From: Acidimicrobiia bacterium
GTDB taxonomy: Bacteria > Actinomycetota > Acidimicrobiia > Spongiisociales > UBA11373
NCBI GenBank assembly: GCA_040878325.1
Contig: JBBDMM010000004.1
Span: 1-64,000 of the forward strand
Direction: 5' to 3'
DNA: 64,000 bases
Of the stretch, positions 56,600 through 64,000 are shown in pieces; position 1 is the stretch's first letter, and each line of letters opens with the position of its first letter. The notes under the pieces were generated by a model that saw nothing but the letters and a program-made list of their open reading frames with translations, was not told the origin of the DNA and did not search any database. The position numbers and the translations under genes are program-made.

Positions 56600-56627
56600 T
56601 GCCACGAGCCACCAGCCACCAGCCACC
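56600..56627 (+). repeat. Heptamer array (AGCCACC)x3-4 inside the operon
   Basis: tgccacg agccacc x3, directly before the AGGGG RBS of uraH. Confidence 0.85.
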
Positions 56628-56636
56628 AGGGGCGAC

Positions 56637-56963
56637 ATGAGCCTGAGTACCCATGTCCTCGATACCGGGCGGGGGCGGCCGGCATCAGGTGTGTCGGTCC
56701 GGCTCGAGGCATTCGACGGGAATGGCTGGCGGCCGATGACGAGCGCCACCACCGATACCGACGGCCGCATCGGCGACCTGCTCGGTGAAGAGCCACTCGT
56801 TCGCGGTGAGTACCGGCTGACCTTCGAGGTCGGGGCCTACCTAGGGGACGACGCCTTCTACCCGGAGATCGCGGTGGTATTTCGGGTCGATTCACCCGAG
56901 GAGCACCACCACATCCCTCTTCTGCTGAGCCCGTTCGGGTATTCCACCTACCGCGGGTCCTGA
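56637..56963 (+). CDS. uraH: 5-hydroxyisourate hydrolase (transthyretin-like)
   Basis: LSTHVLDT..GRPA, DGR, HIPLLLSPFGYSTYRGS. Confidence 0.95.
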   Translation: MSLSTHVLDTGRGRPASGVSVRLEAFDGNGWRPMTSATTDTDGRIGDLLGEEPLVRGEYRLTFEVGAYLGDDAFYPEIAVVFRVDSPEEHHHIPLLLSPFGYSTYRGS

Positions 56964-58120
56964 TGCTCGACCTTCACCTGCAGGAATGGCTCGACATCGC
57001 CATGCGGTGGATTCATGTGATCGTTGGGATCAGCTGGGTCGGGACGTCGTTCTACTTCAACTGGCTCAACAACCGGGTCCGGCCTCCGGCGATCCCCGAG
57101 ACCGGGGTGGCGGCCGAACTGTGGTCGGTTCACGGCGGCGGGTTCTACCGGGTAGTCAAATACGACGTGGCGCCTGCACGGCTTCCCGACACCCTCCACT
57201 GGTTCAAGTGGGAGGCCTATGCCACATGGCTGAGCGGGGTGTCGCTGCTCTTCATCGTGTACTACCTGGGACCGAGCGGGATCGCGATCGACCCGACCAA
57301 GTTCGAGATGACGCGGTGGGCCTTGGTCGCCCTCGGCCTCGGTTCGCTGGTCGTCGGGTGGTCTATCTACGACGGGTTGTGTCGCACTCCGCTGGCGCGG
57401 CACCCGGCCTGGTTCGCCCTCATCGGCCTCGGATTGGGCGCGGGGGTGGCGTTCGGGTACTCGCAGGTGATGACCGGCCGGGCGGCCTACATCCACACCG
57501 GGGCGCTGATCGGAACCCTGATGGCGGCGAACGTCTTCCGGGTCATCATCCCGTCGCAACGCCAGATGGTCGACGCGATGACCCGGGGCAAAACCCCCGA
57601 CGCCGAGGCAGGCCGCGACGCCGCCCGCCGGTCGCTCCACAACAACTACCTGACGCTGCCGGTGGTCTTCATCATGGTGAGCGGGCACTTCCCGTCGACA
57701 TTCGGGGACCGCTGGAACTGGGCCATCCTCGCCGGCATCGCCGCGTCCGGAGCGCTGGTGAGGCACTGGTTCAATCTTCGAGGTCAGGGCCACCGCAACG
57801 TGTGGATCCTGCCGGCCGCGGCCCTGATCATGATCGCCCTGGCGGTGGTCACTCGACCCGCTTCGACCGACCAGATCGTGCCGCCACAGATCCTGTCGAT
57901 AGTCCAGCAGAGGTGTGTGCCATGCCATTCGGCGACGCCGACCGAGCCCGGTTACACCGAAGCCGCCAAAGGAATTCTCCTCGACACCGAATCGGCGGTG
58001 CTGGCTCGCAGAAGGATCATCGGACCGCTGGTCGAGTCCGGGTACATGCCCTTCGGAAACGCCACCGCCATGACCGAGGAAGAGCGGGCGCTGGTGGTGG
58101 AGTGGGCAGAAGGCGGCTAG
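56963..58120 (+). CDS. puuD: Urate hydroxylase PuuD (membrane protein + cytochrome c)
   Basis: RWIHVIVGISWVGTSFYF, HGGGFY, HWFKWEAY, RSLHNNYLTLPV, CVPCH heme motif. Confidence 0.9.
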   Translation: MLDLHLQEWLDIAMRWIHVIVGISWVGTSFYFNWLNNRVRPPAIPETGVAAELWSVHGGGFYRVVKYDVAPARLPDTLHWFKWEAYATWLSGVSLLFIVYYLGPSGIAIDPTKFEMTRWALVALGLGSLVVGWSIYDGLCRTPLARHPAWFALIGLGLGAGVAFGYSQVMTGRAAYIHTGALIGTLMAANVFRVIIPSQRQMVDAMTRGKTPDAEAGRDAARRSLHNNYLTLPVVFIMVSGHFPSTFGDRWNWAILAGIAASGALVRHWFNLRGQGHRNVWILPAAALIMIALAVVTRPASTDQIVPPQILSIVQQRCVPCHSATPTEPGYTEAAKGILLDTESAVLARRRIIGPLVESGYMPFGNATAMTEEERALVVEWAEGG

Positions 58121-58142
58121 GAAGCCGCCCGGAGGGGCGCTG

Positions 58143-59477
58143 TCAGGCGCCCGTCCGATTCTGCAATATCTTCACGAACGATCTGCCGCGCAGGTCCTCC
58201 AGCGTCACCCCGGTGCGCCGGGCTGCTTCCTCTTCGCCTATCGCTCCGCTGGCGATGGCTCTGAAGAAGAAGTTGAGCAGCCCCTGGCCGGTGGCGGCGT
58301 CGTCGAAGACATCGCCGACCAGCGTCGCCTGGGCAGCTTGCTCCACGAAGTTGTGCAGCCGGGTGGCGGCGGCATCGAGACTCTCCAGGTAGAAGGCCTG
58401 AACCGCGGCGTACCGGGTCACCAGTTGGGCAGGGTGGACATCCCATCCTTGATAGAAGCCATGCACCAGCGAGTGACGGACCTCGTCGAAGTGAAGGCGC
58501 CAAGCGTTGTGGACTGCACGGGTGTTCGCGGCCAATTCATCCGGCGTGGTCGCTTCCGGGTGGACGGGCACCGGCAGCACGTTGGTGGCCCCGTCGGAAA
58601 GCCAGATGCCGGTCCCGGACAGTGCCACCTGCATGACGTGCCGGGCGAAGTCGCACGCCGGGTGGGTCATCCCCTGGTGCGCCGCGGTGATCTGACACGA
58701 GGCGGTGTAGTCGTAGGTGCCGAAGTGTGCCGCAACGCATCGATCGCCCACGGCGCGGACCAGACGCGCCACCACCACCCGCCCCTCCTCGTCGATTACG
58801 GAGCGAGTCACCTCGATCATCACCTCGGCCTTGATCGCCTCGGCCTCCAGCCCGAGCCGCTCTTCGAGCACCCCGAGTGCCTCGCCGAACACCTCCGCCT
58901 GCTCGGTGGACAACACCTTGGGAAGCGTCACATGCATCCGCGGGGGAAGCGCGCCCGTGGTACGGGAGACCAGTTCGCTGAAGAACAGGTCGAGGGTCCG
59001 GAACGCCCGCGCCCGCTGTTCGCGTCCGAATGGCTTGATCCGGATACCGATCACCGGAGGCAGCCCGCCTTCGGCCATTCCCCGGGCGACCTGCCCGGCG
59101 GCCTCGACCGCCACCTCGTCCTCTTCCGGGTCGGGCCGGGTGCCGAAGCCGTCTTCGAAGTCGATCCGAAAGTCCTCGACCGGCTCCCGCTCCAACTTCT
59201 CGACGATTCGCGGGTAGAGGGTGGCGACAACCGGATCGCCTTCCCTGCCCAGGGCAACCGCCAGAGACTCCGGGTCGGGGGCGTATCGCTCGAGGGTCCT
59301 CAGCGCGACCGCCCCCAGCCGGGGGGCGGTATCCCACTTGAACAGCTGCGCACCGCCGTAGACGGTGTGGATCGGTTGCCGTTCCCCGGTATCCCCCGGG
59401 AACGCCTTGCCGGCGCCGTCGTCGTCGAGCCTCCGGGCAAAGGCGGCAAGGACGTCATCCGAGAAAGCGCCAGTCAT
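58143..59477 (-). CDS. HpcH/CitE-like aldolase/lyase superfamily protein (DUF6986-like)
   Basis: RQPIHTVYGGA, DFRIDFEDGFG, TLPKV, HFGTYDYTA, LSDGATN, GFYQGWDVHPAQL; TAGCGT box supports the MTGAF start. Confidence 0.75.
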   Translation of the reverse strand: MTGAFSDDVLAAFARRLDDDGAGKAFPGDTGERQPIHTVYGGAQLFKWDTAPRLGAVALRTLERYAPDPESLAVALGREGDPVVATLYPRIVEKLEREPVEDFRIDFEDGFGTRPDPEEDEVAVEAAGQVARGMAEGGLPPVIGIRIKPFGREQRARAFRTLDLFFSELVSRTTGALPPRMHVTLPKVLSTEQAEVFGEALGVLEERLGLEAEAIKAEVMIEVTRSVIDEEGRVVVARLVRAVGDRCVAAHFGTYDYTASCQITAAHQGMTHPACDFARHVMQVALSGTGIWLSDGATNVLPVPVHPEATTPDELAANTRAVHNAWRLHFDEVRHSLVHGFYQGWDVHPAQLVTRYAAVQAFYLESLDAAATRLHNFVEQAAQATLVGDVFDDAATGQGLLNFFFRAIASGAIGEEEAARRTGVTLEDLRGRSFVKILQNRTGA

Positions 59478-59498
59478 CGGAGGCACGCTACCGGACGG

Positions 59499-60020
59499 TC
59501 ACCTCTCCAGGATGCAGATGCGTGGCAGGGTTCGATACTGCTCGGCGAAATCGAGCCCGTACCCCACCACCCACACATCCGGGATGTCGAACCCGAGGTA
59601 ATCGATCGGGACATCCACCTCGGCCCGGTCGGGCTTGCGGATCAAGGTGCACGTCTTCAGAGACGCGGGGCGACGAGCTTCGAGCAGTCGCAGCAGGTAT
59701 GTAAGGGTGTGGCCGGTATCGACGATGTCCTCGACGACCAGGACGTTCTTCGACGCGATGTCGTGGCGGACGTCGAGGATCAAGCGCACCGCGCCGGGAT
59801 CCTCGCTCTCCCGCTCGCCGTACGACGACACCGAGATGAACTCGATCCGATGAGGGATCGTCAGCCGGCGTGACAGGTCGGCCAGGAAGATGAACGAGCC
59901 CTTCAGCACCCCGAGCAGGACCAGGTCGTCCTCACCCTCGTAGTCCGTGGAGATCTGGGCAGCCAGTTCACCCACTCGCTCGTCGATAGCAGCGGCGTCG
60001 ATCAGCGTGGTGAGAGGCAT
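59499..60020 (-). CDS. hpt: Hypoxanthine phosphoribosyltransferase
   Basis: VLKGSFIFLADL, VSSYG, VVEDIVDTG, VVGYGLD. Confidence 0.95.
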   Translation of the reverse strand: MPLTTLIDAAAIDERVGELAAQISTDYEGEDDLVLLGVLKGSFIFLADLSRRLTIPHRIEFISVSSYGERESEDPGAVRLILDVRHDIASKNVLVVEDIVDTGHTLTYLLRLLEARRPASLKTCTLIRKPDRAEVDVPIDYLGFDIPDVWVVGYGLDFAEQYRTLPRICILER

Positions 60021-60042
60021 CGGTCGCAGGCTAACGGAGGTC

Positions 60043-60203
60043 GGCCTCGCTGCGGATACCCAATACGCAATACGCGATACGACCGAGCGGGGCTGAACCG
60101 CCCAGAACGGCCGCCGACACGGCCAGGGGTTCGCCCACCCAGGGAGCGGGCATTGCGTGTAGTTCCCTAGCGAATTGCGAATTGCAACCGAGCGAAGCGA
60201 GGC
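60043..60203. repeat. GGCCTCGC + (CAATACG)x~4 and inverted (CGAATTG)x2 + CCGAGCGAAGCGAGG hairpin
   Basis: 60043-60081; 60170-60186; 60188-60202. Confidence 0.85.
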
Positions 60204-60208
60204 TGTGA

Positions 60209-60237
60209 TTGACACACCGCCCCGTCCCTGCGACAGT
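60209..60237 (+). promoter_or_regulatory. Sigma70-type promoter TTGACA-N17-GACAGT (with extended TG)
   Basis: ttgaca 60209-60214, 17-nt spacer, tg-c-gacagt 60229-60237. Confidence 0.6.
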
Positions 60238-60257
60238 TCAGCGCCGTGGAGGCTCGT

Positions 60258-60293
60258 ATGCAGATGAGGATCACCCCGCCCCAGGCTCGTTGA
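60258..60293 (+). CDS. Putative leader peptide MQMRITPPQAR
   Basis: GGAGG RBS 5 nt upstream; lies between the promoter and the ABC genes; followed by hairpins. Confidence 0.5.
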   Translation: MQMRITPPQAR

Positions 60294-60391
60294 CCGCGCA
60301 CGTCCCTTCCCGGACGTGATCGCCGGCCAACTGGGCCGAACCCCACCGATCCCGCGTCGCGCGCCGCGCGACGACTCTCTCAGGAGCCTCG

Positions 60392-62146
60392 ATGATTCCC
60401 GTACGCGCCTACTGGCGCCTTCTCAAGAAGTATCTGCGCCCTCTCCGGGCACGCGTGGTGCTGCTCGCCGCCCTGCTGTTCACCGGCATCGCCTTCCAGG
60501 TGGCCAATCCTCAGCTGATCAGGGCGTTCATCGACGGCGCCCAGGAGGGCCAGGACATCTCGCGGCTGCTGTCGTATGCGGCGATCTTCATCCTGCTCGC
60601 CGTCGGCCACCAAGCGCTCAGCGTGTTGTCGACCTACTTCGCCGAGCAGGTGGGGTGGACGGCGACCAATGAGATGAGGGCGGAGCTCGCCGAGCACCTG
60701 CTCGAACTCGACATGTCCTTCCACAAGACGAAGACGCCCGGCGAGTTGATCGAGCGAATCGACGGCGACGTGACCACGCTCTCGAACTTCTTCTCGGCGT
60801 TCGTGATTCACGTCGTCGGCAATGCCGTACTACTCGCCTCGGTGATTTTCCTCATGTGGCGAGAGCATCCGCTGATCGGCATCGGGATGACGGTGTTCGC
60901 GCTCGTCGCCGGCGTGCTGATGATCGGGCTGCAAGCGATCGCCATCCCCTGGTGGCGGGAGGTGCGCGCCAAGCGGGCCGAGTTCTTCGGGTTCCTCGGC
61001 GAGCAGCTCGGCGGAACCGAGGACATCCGCGCCAACGGGGCGGTGCCCTACATGATGCATCGCTTCACGCTGCTGCACCGCGAGTGGCTGCCGCTGGAAG
61101 TCAGGGGCCGCTGGGGCTTCTCGATGCTCTGGGCGACCTCGATCGCGGTCTACGTGTTCGGCCTCGCCCTGGTGTTCGGTATGGGCTCGCGGCTGTTGAC
61201 CGCCGGCACGATCACGATCGGGTCGGTCTACCTGGTGTTCCACTACACGGAACTGATCCGCCACCCGATCGACCAGATCCGGACTCAGATGGAGGACCTG
61301 CAGAAGGCGGGGGCGGGAATTGCCCGCGTCGAAGAACTGTTCGCCGCCCGCACCCAGCTCCCCGAGACCGGCACCGGACGGCTCCCCACCGGCCCGCTCG
61401 CCCTGGAGTTCGACGGCGTCACCTTTGCGTATCGCGACGACGCCTCCGACGGCGAGTCGGTGCTCGACGAGGTCGACCTCACCATGGAACCCGGACGGGT
61501 GCTGGGATTGCTCGGCCGCACCGGGTCGGGCAAGTCGACCATGGCCCGTCTAGTCACCCGCCTGTACGACCCGACCAGTGGCGTCATCAGGGTCGGCGGC
61601 AGCGACCTCCGCGACATCGAGCGCGACGACCGCCGCGCCCGGGTCGGGATGGTAACCCAGGAGGTGCAGCTGTTTCGCGCCACCGTGCGAGACAACCTGA
61701 CCTTCTTCGACTCGAGCGTCGACGATGAACGCATCTGGCAGGTGCTCCTCGAGCTCGGCCTCGGCGACTGGGTTCAGGGCCTTCCGAACGGCCTCGATGC
61801 GATGCTCGAATCGGGGTCGGGCGGGCTGTCGGCCGGGCAGGCCCAGCTGCTGGCGTTCGCCCGCATCTTCCTCCGCGATCCGGGATTGGTGATCCTCGAC
61901 GAGGCTTCGTCGCGGCTCGACCCGGCGACCGAGTTGCTGATCGAGCGCGCCGTCGATCGCCTTCTGACCGATCGCACCGGGATCGTGATCGCCCACCGCC
62001 TGGCAACGGTCGACCGCGCCGACGACATCCTGATCCTCGAGCGGGGGCGCGTCGTCGAGCACGGGCCGCGCGAGACGCTCGCCGCCGACCCCGATAGCCG
62101 ATTCTCCACCTTGCTCCGCACCGGCATGGAGGAGTTGCTCGCATGA
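60392..62146 (+). CDS. ABC exporter subunit 1 (fused TMD-NBD)
   Basis: GRTGSGKS, LSAGQ, LDEAS, AHRL; AGGAG RBS. Confidence 0.93.
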   Translation: MIPVRAYWRLLKKYLRPLRARVVLLAALLFTGIAFQVANPQLIRAFIDGAQEGQDISRLLSYAAIFILLAVGHQALSVLSTYFAEQVGWTATNEMRAELAEHLLELDMSFHKTKTPGELIERIDGDVTTLSNFFSAFVIHVVGNAVLLASVIFLMWREHPLIGIGMTVFALVAGVLMIGLQAIAIPWWREVRAKRAEFFGFLGEQLGGTEDIRANGAVPYMMHRFTLLHREWLPLEVRGRWGFSMLWATSIAVYVFGLALVFGMGSRLLTAGTITIGSVYLVFHYTELIRHPIDQIRTQMEDLQKAGAGIARVEELFAARTQLPETGTGRLPTGPLALEFDGVTFAYRDDASDGESVLDEVDLTMEPGRVLGLLGRTGSGKSTMARLVTRLYDPTSGVIRVGGSDLRDIERDDRRARVGMVTQEVQLFRATVRDNLTFFDSSVDDERIWQVLLELGLGDWVQGLPNGLDAMLESGSGGLSAGQAQLLAFARIFLRDPGLVILDEASSRLDPATELLIERAVDRLLTDRTGIVIAHRLATVDRADDILILERGRVVEHGPRETLAADPDSRFSTLLRTGMEELLA

Positions 62147-63921
62147 CGACGCGCCGCATATCCACCGCCCAGCTCGGTCTCGGTCTCATCAAGTATCAGA
62201 AGGGTCGCTACGCCGCCAACGTGCTCGCCTGGGCCTCGATCTGGGTGATGCCGATGATCCCCGCGCTGATCACCAAGGCGTTCTTCGACCGGATCACCGG
62301 AGAGCAGACGGCCGGCTTCGACGTGCCCACCCTGGTGTGGCTCGTGGTGGTGTACGCCTTCGGGCGCATCACCGTGATGTTCCTCGGGATGTGGAATGAC
62401 GCCCACCTGATGTTCCGGATCGCCACGCTGATGCGTCGCAACATGCTCGAGCGGATCTTTGAACTGCCGGGCGCCCAGTCGATGAAGGAGTCGCCGGGCG
62501 AGGCGATCAGCCGGTTCCGCGACGACGTCGACGAGAACGTGGAGTCGTTCTCGTGGACCGTGGACATGATCGGGCTGTTCACCTTCACCGGACTGGCCAT
62601 CTGGATCCTGGTCGGCATCGACGGGCTGCTGACGGCCCTGGTGTTCGGCCCCTCGATCGCGGTCGTCTACCTGGCGGCGATCGCCCGGCATCGCATCAAG
62701 AGGTACCGCGAGGCGTCGCGCGAAGCGACCGGACGGATCACCGAGGCGCTGGGCGAAACGTTCGGTTCGGTGCAGGCCATCAAGGTCGCCGGGGCCGAGA
62801 AGCCGATGATCGCCCACTTCCGGATGCTCAACGACCGGAGGCGGACCGCGGCGATCAAGGACAAGGTCCTGACGGCGATGCTCGAGTCGCTCTTCTGGAA
62901 CACGATCAACATCGGGACCGGGATCATCCTGATCGTCGCCGCGTCGGCGATGCGGTCGGGTGAGTTCACCGTGGGTGAGTTCGCGGTGTTCGTGTACTTC
63001 CTCGGATTCGTCACTGACGCCGGATTCTTCCTCGGCCTGTTCATCGCCCGGTACCAGCAAGCCGCCGTGTCCTTCGGACGGATGGTGGAGCTGATGGGCG
63101 ACGACGCTCCCCCGCTGCGGCTCGTCGAGCCAGTGCCCCTCCATCTCACCGGCGAACTCCAGCCCCCGGATGTGGTGCCGCCGCATCTGGCGCCCCTCGA
63201 GACGCTCGAAGTGCGCGACCTCACCTTCCACTACCCGGCTTCCGACGACGGCATCGACGATGTGTCGTTCATGGTGCCGGCTGGCTCGTTCACGGTGATC
63301 ACCGGGCGAGTCGGGGCGGGCAAGACGACCTTGCTGCGGGCGATCCTGGGGCTGGTGAAGCCGCAACGCGGGGAAGTGGTGTGGAACGGTGAGGTGGTCG
63401 AGGAGCCGGCTGAGTTCTTCATCCCTCCGCGATCGGCCTACACCCCCCAGGTGCCGCGGCTCTTCTCCATGTCCCTGATGGAGAACCTGCTGATGGGGCG
63501 GCTCGACCATGAGACCGAGGTGCAGAGCGCGCTGGCCTCGGCGGTGATGGAACCCGACGTCGACGCGATGCCCGAGGGCCTGGCGACACTCGTCGGCCCG
63601 ATGGGAGTCCGCCTTTCCGGAGGACAGGTTCAGCGCTCGGCGACTGCCCGTATGTTCGTCCGCCGCCCCGACCTGCTGGTGTTCGACGACGTCTCGAGCG
63701 CCCTCGATGTCGAGACCGAACGCGTGCTGTGGGAGCGGTTGTTCCGGGAACGGTCCGGGGTCACCAGCCTGGTGGTGTCGCACCGTCACCCGGCACTGCA
63801 GCGGGCCGATCAGATCGTGGTCATGCATCAGGGCCGAGTGGCCGCGATCGGACGGCTCAACGACCTGCTGGCGACCAGCCCCGAGTTCCGCGCCCTGTGG
63901 GAAGGCGAGGCAGTCGACTGA
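62143..63921 (+). CDS. ABC exporter subunit 2 (fused TMD-NBD), heterodimer partner
   Basis: GRVGAGKT, LSGGQ, degenerate Walker B FDDVS, SHR; ATGA overlap. Confidence 0.93.
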   Translation: MTTRRISTAQLGLGLIKYQKGRYAANVLAWASIWVMPMIPALITKAFFDRITGEQTAGFDVPTLVWLVVVYAFGRITVMFLGMWNDAHLMFRIATLMRRNMLERIFELPGAQSMKESPGEAISRFRDDVDENVESFSWTVDMIGLFTFTGLAIWILVGIDGLLTALVFGPSIAVVYLAAIARHRIKRYREASREATGRITEALGETFGSVQAIKVAGAEKPMIAHFRMLNDRRRTAAIKDKVLTAMLESLFWNTINIGTGIILIVAASAMRSGEFTVGEFAVFVYFLGFVTDAGFFLGLFIARYQQAAVSFGRMVELMGDDAPPLRLVEPVPLHLTGELQPPDVVPPHLAPLETLEVRDLTFHYPASDDGIDDVSFMVPAGSFTVITGRVGAGKTTLLRAILGLVKPQRGEVVWNGEVVEEPAEFFIPPRSAYTPQVPRLFSMSLMENLLMGRLDHETEVQSALASAVMEPDVDAMPEGLATLVGPMGVRLSGGQVQRSATARMFVRRPDLLVFDDVSSALDVETERVLWERLFRERSGVTSLVVSHRHPALQRADQIVVMHQGRVAAIGRLNDLLATSPEFRALWEGEAVD

Positions 63922-64000
63922 CGTCGTCTGCCTCGCCCGCAATTCGCCGGACGCGCTGACCGCCTTTCGCCGCGTTAGGTCACATCGGGGCCGCCGACTC

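Noticed and set aside
56..60203. Repeat arrays as CRISPR
   Set aside because: Units are 6-7 bp in direct tandem with no 23-47 bp repeat/unique spacer alternation, and no cas genes are present.

Overview
High-GC bacterial chromosomal region, most consistent with an actinobacterium of the Acidimicrobiia type. This is inferred from gene content and many leaderless TANNNT promoters, not from a marker search. It carries about 63 mostly metabolic and housekeeping CDS. These include a TldD/TldE pair with a YbdK-like ligase, a PBP, a split XdhC, tryptophanase, a HerA/DUF87-like ATPase, a sigma-70 factor, a caa3 cytochrome c oxidase operon, malic enzyme, HflX, PhhA, NAD salvage (pncA/pncB), a urate/allantoin degradation cluster with PuuD, hpt and three ABC exporters. 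There is one tRNA-Sec gene and a 100-N scaffold gap. No transposase, integrase, reverse transcriptase, prophage or CRISPR array was recognised. The most striking signal is non-coding. About 35 short tandem arrays with 7-bp (sometimes 6-bp) units of many different sequences occupy roughly 25 intergenic regions. They are polar: the C-rich strand repeatedly ends in GCAAGA or a close variant, whatever the unit. They often form inward-facing inverted pairs and are linked to a REP-like GCGAAGC mini-hairpin. This looks like an uncharacterised repeat-element system whose enzyme is not in the window. Other leads: a tRNA-Sec with a 12-bp acceptor/T branch, an atypical-filter channel next to a cNMP-binding protein and an MBL hydrolase, an orphan structured intergenic element, and a leader peptide upstream of an ABC exporter pair.
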